Below are positions 1 through 8,502 of a DNA stretch of 42,896 nt, in pieces. The translations under genes were made by a program, and so were the position numbers. The DNA lies in contig QHVS01000046.1 of NCBI GenBank assembly GCA_003223635.1, positions 1 through 42,896 of the forward strand, written 5' to 3'. Source of the DNA: Acidobacteriota bacterium. Lineage in GTDB: Bacteria > Acidobacteriota > Thermoanaerobaculia > Gp7-AA8. The notes below the pieces were generated by a model. It searched no databases. It was given only the letters and a program-made list of their open reading frames with translations, and was not told where the DNA came from. Positions within the stretch are counted from its first letter, which is position 1; each line of letters starts with the position of its first letter.

Positions 1-1776
1 CGCCCGAGCGAGGCGATCGCCTGGCTTCTCGTCGCGTTGCTCGCCGCGGCTGCGGCCGCAGTATTTTTTCGGCAGTGGCGGCAACAGCCAACGACCACGG
101 CACATGTGACGCGGTTCGTGGTCAATCCGCCGCCGACTGCGGCCTTCAACTTCGCCGGACGCGATGCCGGTCCGGTCACGGTGTCGCCGGACGGGACGCG
201 GATCGCGTTCGTGGCCACCACAGCCGATGGTGCGAAAGAACTCTACGTTCGCAGTCTGGATGCCGTCTCCGCGCAACGCCTGGCCGGCACTACGGGAGCG
301 TCGTATCCGTTCTGGTCCGCCGACAGCGAAAACCTCGGCTTCTTCGCCGACGGAAAATTGAAACGCGTTGCCGCGAATGGCGCGGCCGTCACCACGCTGT
401 GCGACGCTCCTTCGGGCCGTGGTGGCACCTGGAATCGCGAAGGAACGATTCTCTTTGCGCCGCAGCAGTACGATTCGCTCTATCAAGTGCCCTCCAGCGG
501 AGGGCAACCGTCAGCGGTCACGATTCTCGACGCCGCTTCGCATCAATTCAGCCATCGTTGGCCGGCGTTCCTTCCCGACGGCCGCCACTTTCTTTACCTG
601 CAGTTCAGCGCTGCGATGGCACGCGGCGGGTCGCAAGCGATCTATCTCGCCTCACTCGATCAGCCGCACGGAACGCTGCTCATGCGCGCCAACTCGCAGG
701 TCATCTATGTCGACCCTGGATATCTACTGACCATCCGTGAATCCAACCTGATGGCTATCCCATTCGACGCGCAGCGCCTGCGCGTCTCGGGCGACCCATT
801 CCCCGTCGCCGATCAGGTCCAGTTGTATCGCAACACAGCCATCGGAATTTTCTCCGCCTCGAATACCGGCTTGCTGGCATACGAGGAAGGCGGCAGTCCC
901 CCCACCTCTCATCTCACCTGGTACGACCGTCATGGCAAAACGCTGGGGGCCATCGGTCCGCCGGACGACTACGAGGATCCTCGCATTGCGCCGGATGGAA
1001 AGCGCATCGCCGTGACCCGGCGAGATCCCGATACCGGCATCTCGAACATCTGGCTCTATGACGTCGCCACGAGCGCGCCCACTCGCTTTACCTACTTTCC
1101 GACGTTCGACCACATTCCGAGCTGGTCTCCCGATGGAAAACAAATCATCTTCGATTCGAACCGATACGGCGCTGCTCACATCTTCGCAAAGTCGTTCGGC
1201 GGAGACGAGGAACTGCTGCATCAGTCGCCTGCGGTCGAGCAGCCGACCGACTGGTCACCCGATGGCACGCGCATCGTTTTCCAGAATATCGATCCGAAGA
1301 CGAAGTGGGACCTGTCGGTGTTGACTCTGCCTGATCGTCGGGTCACGCCTCTGCTGCGTGAACCGGCCAACGAAAAGGAAGGTCAGATCTCGCCGGACGG
1401 AAAATGGCTCGCCTATTCATCCGATGAGGCGGGGCGGCCTGACGTCTACGTCAGTCGCTTTCCTTCGATGACCGGGCGATGGCAGATTTCCTCGGCCGGA
1501 GGAGGTTCGCAGCCGCGCTGGCGCCACGACGGAAGCGAAATCTTTTTCCTCTCGTCCGATCGAAAAATGATGGCCTCCCAGGTGCACACCGATGGCGGCG
1601 ATTTCAACGCCCTCACGCCCCAAGCCCTGTTTCAGACGCGCGCTCGCTACACCGGCGACCGCGCGTACGACGTCTCCGCCGACGGGCAGCGCTTCGTGAT
1701 CAACACCATGGTGCTCGACCAGGTATCGCCGATTGTTGTCATCGTGAACTGGCCGGCGGCAAAGGGCGGACGATGA
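1..1776 (+). CDS. C-terminal portion (5' end outside window) of a membrane-anchored TolB-like beta-propeller protein, probably the sensor half of a Ser/Thr kinase
   Basis: Frame 1 is open from nt 1 to TGA 1774-1776. The first ~100 nt encode a TM helix (AWLLVALLAAAAAAVFF). Repeated PD40/TolB-type blade motifs follow (VSPDGTRIAF, IAPDGKRIAV, SWSPDGKQIIF, DWSPDGTRIVF, ISPDGKWLAY). Collinear with the extracellular half of the downstream kinase. Confidence 0.75.
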   Translation, partial: RPSEAIAWLLVALLAAAAAAVFFRQWRQQPTTTAHVTRFVVNPPPTAAFNFAGRDAGPVTVSPDGTRIAFVATTADGAKELYVRSLDAVSAQRLAGTTGASYPFWSADSENLGFFADGKLKRVAANGAAVTTLCDAPSGRGGTWNREGTILFAPQQYDSLYQVPSSGGQPSAVTILDAASHQFSHRWPAFLPDGRHFLYLQFSAAMARGGSQAIYLASLDQPHGTLLMRANSQVIYVDPGYLLTIRESNLMAIPFDAQRLRVSGDPFPVADQVQLYRNTAIGIFSASNTGLLAYEEGGSPPTSHLTWYDRHGKTLGAIGPPDDYEDPRIAPDGKRIAVTRRDPDTGISNIWLYDVATSAPTRFTYFPTFDHIPSWSPDGKQIIFDSNRYGAAHIFAKSFGGDEELLHQSPAVEQPTDWSPDGTRIVFQNIDPKTKWDLSVLTLPDRRVTPLLREPANEKEGQISPDGKWLAYSSDEAGRPDVYVSRFPSMTGRWQISSAGGGSQPRWRHDGSEIFFLSSDRKMMASQVHTDGGDFNALTPQALFQTRARYTGDRAYDVSADGQRFVINTMVLDQVSPIVVIVNWPAAKGGR

Positions 1777-4391
1777 TCACCGCCGGCACGCGCCTCGGGC
1801 CGTACGAAGTCCTCTCGCCCCTCGGGGCGGGCGGGATGGGGGAGGTGTGGAAGGCGCGCGACACGCGGCTGGATCGATCGGTGGCCATCAAAGTGCTCCC
1901 GGCCGAATTCGCCGAGAGCGCGCAGCTCAAGACGCGATTCGAGCGTGAAGCAAAGACCATCTCGCAGCTCAATCATCCGCACATCTGCACGCTTTACGAC
2001 GTGGGCGACAACTACCTGGTGATGGAGCTGCTGGAAGGAGAAACGCTCGCCGAGAAGCTGGCCAAAGGTCCGCTGCCGCTCGATCAGGTGCTGCGTTACG
2101 GGATCGAGATCGCCGAAGCGCTGGAGAAGGCGCACAAGGCTGGAGTGGTCCATCGCGATCTGAAGCCGGGCAACGTGATGATCACCAAATCGGGGGCGAA
2201 GCTTCTCGACTTCGGATTAGCCAAACCAACTACGGGCGGGGTTCTCTCCGCGCTGACCAACCTGCGCACGGAAAAGAGGAATCTTACTGAGGAGGGGATG
2301 CTGGTCGGGACGTTCCAGTACATGGCGCCCGAGCAGCTCGAAGGAGGAGAAGTCGACGCCCGTACCGACATCTTCGCCCTCGGCGCAGTGCTCTATGAGA
2401 TGGCCACCGGCAAGCGCGCGTTCGAAGGCAAATCGAAAGCGAGTCTCATCGCTTCGATCCTGACGACCGAGCCGCAGCCGATCACCGCATGGCAGCCGTT
2501 GACGCCTCCGTCGTTTGAGCGGCTGGTTCGCGGTTGTCTGGTCAAGGATGCCGACGAGCGGTGGCAATCGGCGCACGACGTGGCCGCCGAACTGCGCTGG
2601 ATCACCGAAGAAGCGCCCGCTGCAGCCAAGCGTTCGCGCCAATGGGCGCCCTGGATCATCGCCGTTCTGTTGCTGGCCACGGCGGCGGCATTCGCCTACA
2701 TGTGGCGTGCGACGATCGCGCCGCGGCGACGAGTGGAAGCCTCCATTCTGCCGCCGATAGGTACGGAATTCGTGTTTGGCCCTTCCACGCCCGCGATCTC
2801 TCCTGACGGAACGCGAATTGTCTTTCCGGCGCGCAGCGCTGATGGGAAAGTCATGCTCTGGATCCGTCGACTGGATAACGGCATGACCCAGTTGTTGCCC
2901 GGCACCGAGGTGCCAACCTTTCCTTTCTGGTCTTCGGATGGCCGCTTTATCGGCTTTGCCAGCAGCGGCAAGTTGCGGAAAGTCGATACGTCAGGTGGTT
3001 CGCCGCAGCCGATCTCCGATGTGACCGTGCTTCGCGGTGCAACCTGGGGACCTGAAGGCGACATTCTTTTCTCGCCGAGCGATCGGGAACCGATTTATCG
3101 CGTATTGCCCTCCGGCGGCCCCCCGACGCCAGTGACAAAGCTCGATCCTGCCCGCGAGTACAGCCACCGCTGGCCCTCGTTTCTCCCTGACGGGAAACAC
3201 TTTCTGTATCTGGCCCAGACGTTTGGTACCGCCCAGGACCGCGGCCGGATTTACGCAGGCACCCTCGGCTCCGATGCAGTCAAACTGATCGTCGTTGCGA
3301 ACTCGGCGGCGATGTATTCGCCGACCGGCCATCTCCTCTACTGTCGCGGTCGCACTCTGATGGCGCAGAAGTTCGACCCAAAAAAGCTGGAGGTCAGTGG
3401 GGAACCGATCGTGATCGCGGACGACGTATACAACGTCGGAATCGGCGCAGTTCACGCGTTTTCTACTTCGCAGCATGGTGTTCTGGCCTACTTCGGTGGA
3501 GCGGGCAGCTCACTCTCACAACTGGTCTGGAAAGATAAAGCCGGAAACGTGGTGGGGACGGCCGGTGGGCCGGGAGATTATCAGCGACCTCAACTCGCTC
3601 ACGACGGCCGTCACTTTTCGTTCGAGATTGCTGATTCCGAAGGAAACTCCGACCTCTGGATTTACGACTTGACTCGACAGAACTCGACGCGGTTCACGTT
3701 CGGGCCGGGTTCTAACACGAATGGCATCTGGAGTCCCGACGATCGCTTCATCGTTTACTCATCCGAGGAGTTAACGCGGGGGACTCGGCAGATTGTCCGC
3801 AAGCCAGCTAGTGGCATCGGAGCGCCGGAGACAATCTTCAGTTCGACGGCTCCTTTCCTCTCGCTCACCGACTGGTCACCCGATGGTCGGACGCTGCTTT
3901 ACCACATCATCGAAACGCGCTCGAAAACGAGTCTCGATATCGACGCATACTCGATTCCCGACCGCAAATCCTTTCACGTTGTCCAAACGCCGTCGGTCGA
4001 TTGCTGCGCGCGGTTGTCTCCGGACGGGCGTTGGCTGGCGTACGCCTCCAGCGTCTCGGGACGAAACGAGGTGTACGTACAACCGTTTCCAGTAGCCACG
4101 GGGAAATGGCTGATCTCTACCGCGGGCGGATCGCAGCCGCGCTGGAGAGGCGATGGAAAGAGAATCTTCTACTTCAGCCCGGACAACAAGATCATGGAAG
4201 TCGAGATCCAGGCCGGGGATACCTTCGAGGCCGGCGTGCCCAAACCGCTTTTCACCATTCGCGCAAAGCCGGGCGGCTGGCCGTACGATGTTTCCCGCGA
4301 CGAGCGCTTTATCGTCAATGAGACGCTTCACAGCGACACGGTTACGCCGCTCACCGTCGTGCTCAACTGGGACGCCGATTTGAAGAAGTAG
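1773..4391 (+). CDS. Hanks-type Ser/Thr protein kinase - TM helix - TolB-like beta-propeller
   Basis: ATG 1773 overlaps the upstream TGA (ATGA). Kinase motifs GAGGMGEVW, AIK, HRDLKPGNVM, DFGLAK, YMAPEQ. TM helix WIIAVLLLATAAAFAYMW, then PD40-like repeats (ISPDGTRIVF, FWSSDGRFIGF, WSPDDRFIVY, DWSPDGRTLLY, LSPDGRWLAY). The ORF-track start 1479 is an extension overlapping the previous CDS. Confidence 0.9.
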   Translation: MITAGTRLGPYEVLSPLGAGGMGEVWKARDTRLDRSVAIKVLPAEFAESAQLKTRFEREAKTISQLNHPHICTLYDVGDNYLVMELLEGETLAEKLAKGPLPLDQVLRYGIEIAEALEKAHKAGVVHRDLKPGNVMITKSGAKLLDFGLAKPTTGGVLSALTNLRTEKRNLTEEGMLVGTFQYMAPEQLEGGEVDARTDIFALGAVLYEMATGKRAFEGKSKASLIASILTTEPQPITAWQPLTPPSFERLVRGCLVKDADERWQSAHDVAAELRWITEEAPAAAKRSRQWAPWIIAVLLLATAAAFAYMWRATIAPRRRVEASILPPIGTEFVFGPSTPAISPDGTRIVFPARSADGKVMLWIRRLDNGMTQLLPGTEVPTFPFWSSDGRFIGFASSGKLRKVDTSGGSPQPISDVTVLRGATWGPEGDILFSPSDREPIYRVLPSGGPPTPVTKLDPAREYSHRWPSFLPDGKHFLYLAQTFGTAQDRGRIYAGTLGSDAVKLIVVANSAAMYSPTGHLLYCRGRTLMAQKFDPKKLEVSGEPIVIADDVYNVGIGAVHAFSTSQHGVLAYFGGAGSSLSQLVWKDKAGNVVGTAGGPGDYQRPQLAHDGRHFSFEIADSEGNSDLWIYDLTRQNSTRFTFGPGSNTNGIWSPDDRFIVYSSEELTRGTRQIVRKPASGIGAPETIFSSTAPFLSLTDWSPDGRTLLYHIIETRSKTSLDIDAYSIPDRKSFHVVQTPSVDCCARLSPDGRWLAYASSVSGRNEVYVQPFPVATGKWLISTAGGSQPRWRGDGKRIFYFSPDNKIMEVEIQAGDTFEAGVPKPLFTIRAKPGGWPYDVSRDERFIVNETLHSDTVTPLTVVLNWDADLKK

Positions 4392-4428
4392 TCGTTCATC
4401 AAGGAGGTTTGACACGGTCACGCTCTCC

Positions 4429-4965
4429 ATGCTCTGGCTCCCGATCCTTCTCTCCGCAATCGCGGTTCTGATCGCCAGCAACATCCTGTGGATGGCATTG
4501 CCCTTCTGGCATAACGCGGACTATGGCCGAGTGCCGGAGGAGAAGGCGATTCTCGACGCACTGTCGACGGCGAAGAGCGGCCAGTACCTCGTGCCGCGGG
4601 TGGATTGGAGAAAACTATCAGCCGATGAGCGCCAGGCAATGCAGAGCCGGCCCGTCGCCTACATTCTGGTTCGCAATCCGGCGAAGTTCTCCTTCGGCCC
4701 AGCCCTGGCCCTCTTTTTTCTGTACGGCCTGGCGATCGCCGTCATCGTGGGCTACCTGACCGGATGCAGCCGCGGCCCGGGTGCGGACCCTCACGAAGTC
4801 TTCCACTTCGCAGCGATAGCGGGTTTCCTTGGCTACGGCTTCCGAAGCGTGAGCGATGCGATCTGGTACGGCAAGCCGTGGAGAGTGGCGTTCAAGGAGA
4901 TGATCGACGGAGTGATCTACGGCGTGGTGATGGGAGCAATCTTCAGCTGGCTCTGGCCACGTTGA
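4429..4965 (+). CDS. Integral membrane protein of unknown function (about 4 TM helices)
   Basis: 178-aa ORF with hydrophobic helices (LWLPILLSAIAVLIASNILWMAL, ALALFFLYGLAIAVIVGYL, FHFAAIAGFLGYGF, GVIYGVVMGAIFSWLW). No family recognised. No in-frame alternative start upstream. Confidence 0.55.
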   Translation: MLWLPILLSAIAVLIASNILWMALPFWHNADYGRVPEEKAILDALSTAKSGQYLVPRVDWRKLSADERQAMQSRPVAYILVRNPAKFSFGPALALFFLYGLAIAVIVGYLTGCSRGPGADPHEVFHFAAIAGFLGYGFRSVSDAIWYGKPWRVAFKEMIDGVIYGVVMGAIFSWLWPR

Positions 4966-5423
4966 GGCGTCCCTTCCGCAGAAGCAGCAGCGAGATCACC
5001 AGGACCGGGATCAGCACCGTCAGGACGGCGAGTTCCAGCACGTAGCGCTGAAGGATGGTTTCTGCCACTGCCGGCACGTGACCAAACTCGGCGGTGATCA
5101 CGAGCACGCGCCGGATGGCTGCGATCACTCCGACCAGGAGGAAGGGTTCCGGCGCGATCGTGTGCTCCCGAAACGAAACCTGAACCGTGTACAGGAGCTC
5201 GACCACCCAGGAAGATCAGCAGGATGGAGTCGAGCAGGACCACGATATTCGCGGTGAGCGTGTTGCGGGCGACGTTCTGGACGAACGCGACGGCTCCGTT
5301 GACGAGGAGAACGAGAGCACTCGCCCCCAGGAGCAGCCCAAGCCCGGCGTAGACGACATCTTCGATTGCGATAAACGCACGGGCAATCCATGCACGAGCT
5401 GGCGGCTTTGATTCGACTGCCAT
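4943..5423 (-). pseudogene. PsiE-like (phosphate-starvation-inducible E family) membrane protein interrupted by a 1-nt frameshift
   Basis: The N-terminal half (ATG 5423: MAVESKPPARAWIARAFIAIEDVVYAGLGLLL...VVLLDSILLIFL) continues in another frame as VVELLYTVQVSFREHTIAPEPFLLVGVIAAIRRVLVITAEF. After the shift the first frame becomes Arg/Gly-rich nonsense. Removing one G from the GGG run (plus-strand CCC 5206-5208) restores a single ORF. Confidence 0.6.
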
Positions 5424-5514
5424 CCTGCGCTTACCGGTCGCCGAGCCTAGCTCACTGACGGGGCAATCCGCAAAGTGCGAGCAGGTCAGAAGCGGCGAAA
5501 CTGCATGAAGAGGT

Positions 5515-6009
5515 TCAGCCTTTTGGCGGCCCATCGGGAAAACGATCGGCCACCAGGTTCAACACGACGTTGTGCTCGAGAAGTGCTTTTAGCCCGGAAA
5601 GGACCAGTGCAAATCCTTCTGTTGAACTGATGGCTTGTCCTACGATTTCATCCGGATCGCCGCTAAAACCGGTATTCGTCACGCTGACGAACGTCGTGTC
5701 ATCTGCTCGAGGAGTAAAGAGCCATTCCACGATTGTGGGTCTCCCATAGGCCGACCATTCAATTCGTATTCGCCGATTTCGCTCAATCGCTTTTACACGA
5801 ACTTGTACCGAAACCTCATACATCTCCCAATCCCACTGGATTTGTTTGCCAGGTTCCAGTGCTCCGCTGCTTTTGGTAAACCAGAACTTGGATGTGATAG
5901 CAGGATCGATAAAGGCCTCAAATACCTCAGCAGCCGGTCTGCGAATCAGCATTTCTGTTTTTGCAACTGGGGCATGTTTTAGTTCGCGATTCTCCACAGT
6001 GATCTCCAT
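5515..6009 (-). CDS. SRPBCC-superfamily protein (Aha1/START-like, AHSA1 domain)
   Basis: 164-aa ORF with the typical layout: IRRPAAEVFEAFIDPAITSKFWF...GKQIQWDWEMY...IRIEWS...VEWLFTPRADDTTFVSVTNTGF. Visibly lower GC than its neighbours. Confidence 0.75.
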   Translation of the reverse strand: MEITVENRELKHAPVAKTEMLIRRPAAEVFEAFIDPAITSKFWFTKSSGALEPGKQIQWDWEMYEVSVQVRVKAIERNRRIRIEWSAYGRPTIVEWLFTPRADDTTFVSVTNTGFSGDPDEIVGQAISSTEGFALVLSGLKALLEHNVVLNLVADRFPDGPPKG

Positions 6010-6051
6010 TTATCAACCATAAGCCTTGTCGCGTGCGGGTATCGAGACAAA

Positions 6052-8502
6052 TCAGTACGCCACCAGCTCCCGCGCGGCGCGCTCGATCTCTTCCTCGCTC
6101 GGCAGGAATTCCTCTTCCAGCGGCGGGGAGTAGGGGACGGGGGTGTCGAGGGAGCCGAGGATGCGGATGGGGGCGTCGAGGTGGTCGAAGGCTTGCTCCT
6201 GGATGATCGCGGCCACTGATTCTCCGATGGAGCCGGTGCGCGTGTCCTCGTGCACGATGAGCACGCGATTGCACTGTCGCGCCAGTGTCAGCACCGCTTC
6301 GCGGTCGAGCGGCATCAGCGAACGGAGGTCGAGCACCGCCGCCTCGATGCCGTCGGCAGCCAGTTTCTCCCCCACGCGCATCGCCACGTGGACGTACGCG
6401 CCGTAGGAAATGATGGCCAGATCCTTCCCAGCGCGGCGCAGCGCGGCCTTTCCGATCGGAATCGGCTGCGGCGGTTCATCGCTGATGGTCTGCTTCACGC
6501 GCGGATCGCGATACAGCGCAATGTGCTCGTAGTAGAGCACCGGATCTTCGTCTGCGACGGCCGAAGCCATCAGCGCACGCGCGTCGTGTGGCGTCGACGG
6601 CGCCACGATCTTCAATCCCGGCGTCCGATAGAACCACGCCTCGGTGTTTTGCGAATGATAAGGACCGGCGTGACGAAGCCCGCCCCATGGCATCCGCACC
6701 ACCATCGGCACCGAACCGCCCCAGCGGTAGCGAATCTTCGCTGCGTTGTTGACGAGCTGATTGAATCCGGTGGCTACGAAGTCATTGAACTGAATCTCGC
6801 CGATCGGGCGCATGCCGGCCAGCGCCGCTCCAACGCACACCCCCAGCGTCGCTCCCTCGGACAGAATCGAATTGATGATGCGATCGCCGAATTCACCGAG
6901 CAGAGGGCGCAAGAGCAGAAACGCGTTGCCATACGTTCCGCCGACGTCCTCGCCGTAGACGAATGTTCTCGGATCGCTGCGCAGAGCGTCGCCTACGCCG
7001 AGCATCACGGCTTCCAGGAAGGTTTTGCCCCGGGGGTCGAAGGGAGGGGCGTCTTCGACTTTAAGGATCGCTGGCGAGGGCGCCGGCGCCCCACTGAGAC
7101 CCATCGCCGAGGGGTCGGGCCATGGCGCTTCGATGACCGCGCGCGCTTCGCGCTCCACCATCTCTTCCGCTTCGCGCTTCCAGTCGTCGACATCATCGGA
7201 GTCGACGACGCCCTGCGCCTCGAGCTTCGCCGCGTAGGTCGCGATCGGATCCTTTTGGCGCCAGTACTCGTAGCATTCGCGATCGGCGTATCCGCCCTCG
7301 GTGAGCGGTGAATACGACCATGACGGCTGAGGATCCTTGCCGAGGTAGAGCATGTCGTCGTGGTGAGCGTGGCCGCACATGCGCATGGACAGGAGCTCGA
7401 TGAGCGCCGGCCCGTCGCCGCTGCGGGCGCGCTCGGCAGCCCACCCGAAAGCAGCAGCGATGGCTTCCGGGTCGGTGCCGTCGATGGTGACCGCAGGAAT
7501 CCCGTAGCCGACGGCCTTGTCGGCGAATACGCGAGCGGCTGAATTCTCAGGAACGGGTGTGGCCAGCGCGGTCTGATTGTTCTGCACACAAAAGATTGCC
7601 GGGAGCTTGCGCACGGCGCAGGCGTTGATCGCTTCATGCCATTCGCCGAGTGACGTGCCACCTTCACCGATGAAAGAGACAGCGACTCGCGGTTGCTTGC
7701 CCACACTCTTCATCGAGAACGCCATGGCGATGCCGGCGATCGTCAGCGACGGCGATCCGAGCGGCGCCATTGCCGGCAGAATTCCCCACTCCCAATCGCC
7801 GACGTGGAGGTCTTTGCCATCCATCGGCGGGCCGGCTTTTCCCATTTGCGCGTTGAGGACCATGCGCACGGTTTCTGGTGCGTTGCGCATGCAGAGGACG
7901 GCGCCGAGGTCGCGAATCAGGGGGGAGATCACATCGCCTTGCGGGCCGCGGCGCAGGCGCATCGGAGCGGCGTAGATCGCCTCCTGGCCCAGCGATCGAA
8001 ATCCTTTTCCCTGAAACGAGGCGTTGCCGTAACGCACCTCGCCGCCGGTGAAGAATTGCTTCAGGCGATTGTCGACGGCGCGGGTGAGGATCATGCCGCG
8101 CAGCATCTCCAGCTTTTCGTCGACGGTAAGCGAAGCGGCGATCGCTTCGCGCCGCACGAAGCCGTCGCAGTCGACGACGACGGCGGCCACCGCTTGTCGA
8201 AGACGCTCCGTCACGCTGACCCGCGGCGTGGTCTCCGGCACTTCTCCCTTCAGCTTCTGCGCGGCGGAGGCATCGGGAGAGAGAGCATCGGCCAGCGTTT
8301 GATTCAGGATGCGACGCAGCGGCTCGCGGAGCGCGTCGATGCCGGCGAAGTCGCGCTCATCCGTGGGCCGCGCCGCGAGCACCATGTCCATGGCGGCGAC
8401 GGCGGATCGCAGAGCGAATGGATGGCGCTCGGCCACAAACGCAGCGAAGCGGCCGAGCAGCGTGGTACTCGAGCGCGTCGCCGCTTCGGTGGTCGCGGTC
8501 AT
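6052..8502 (-). CDS. Fused E1 alpha/beta component of a TPP-dependent 2-oxoacid (BCKDH/PDH-type) dehydrogenase
   Basis: Alpha part carries the TPP motif FIGEGGTSLGEWHEAINACAVRKLPAIFCVQNNQTAL. Beta (transketolase-like) part: TFLEAVMLGVGDAL...VYGEDVG...GAFLLLRPL...FGDRIINSILSEGATLGV...GMRPIGEIQFNDF. ATG 8502 overlaps the upstream TGA (ATGA). The ORF-track start 8583 would overlap the upstream gene by 85 nt. Confidence 0.85.
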   Translation of the reverse strand: MTATTEAATRSSTTLLGRFAAFVAERHPFALRSAVAAMDMVLAARPTDERDFAGIDALREPLRRILNQTLADALSPDASAAQKLKGEVPETTPRVSVTERLRQAVAAVVVDCDGFVRREAIAASLTVDEKLEMLRGMILTRAVDNRLKQFFTGGEVRYGNASFQGKGFRSLGQEAIYAAPMRLRRGPQGDVISPLIRDLGAVLCMRNAPETVRMVLNAQMGKAGPPMDGKDLHVGDWEWGILPAMAPLGSPSLTIAGIAMAFSMKSVGKQPRVAVSFIGEGGTSLGEWHEAINACAVRKLPAIFCVQNNQTALATPVPENSAARVFADKAVGYGIPAVTIDGTDPEAIAAAFGWAAERARSGDGPALIELLSMRMCGHAHHDDMLYLGKDPQPSWSYSPLTEGGYADRECYEYWRQKDPIATYAAKLEAQGVVDSDDVDDWKREAEEMVEREARAVIEAPWPDPSAMGLSGAPAPSPAILKVEDAPPFDPRGKTFLEAVMLGVGDALRSDPRTFVYGEDVGGTYGNAFLLLRPLLGEFGDRIINSILSEGATLGVCVGAALAGMRPIGEIQFNDFVATGFNQLVNNAAKIRYRWGGSVPMVVRMPWGGLRHAGPYHSQNTEAWFYRTPGLKIVAPSTPHDARALMASAVADEDPVLYYEHIALYRDPRVKQTISDEPPQPIPIGKAALRRAGKDLAIISYGAYVHVAMRVGEKLAADGIEAAVLDLRSLMPLDREAVLTLARQCNRVLIVHEDTRTGSIGESVAAIIQEQAFDHLDAPIRILGSLDTPVPYSPPLEEEFLPSEEEIERAARELVAY

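Noticed and set aside
1479-1772. Upstream extension of the kinase ORF (ORF-track start 1479)
   Set aside because: It overlaps the 3' end of the preceding propeller gene in another frame and encodes Arg-rich sequence. ATG 1773, in an ATGA overlap directly before the kinase glycine loop, is the sensible start.
4401-4407. Strong AAGGAGG Shine-Dalgarno-like sequence upstream of the 4429 membrane-protein gene
   Set aside because: It is 21 nt from ATG 4429, which is too far. There is no in-frame ATG/GTG/TTG between the upstream stop (4381) and 4429, and no plausible small ORF starts 5-10 nt downstream of it. Left unannotated.
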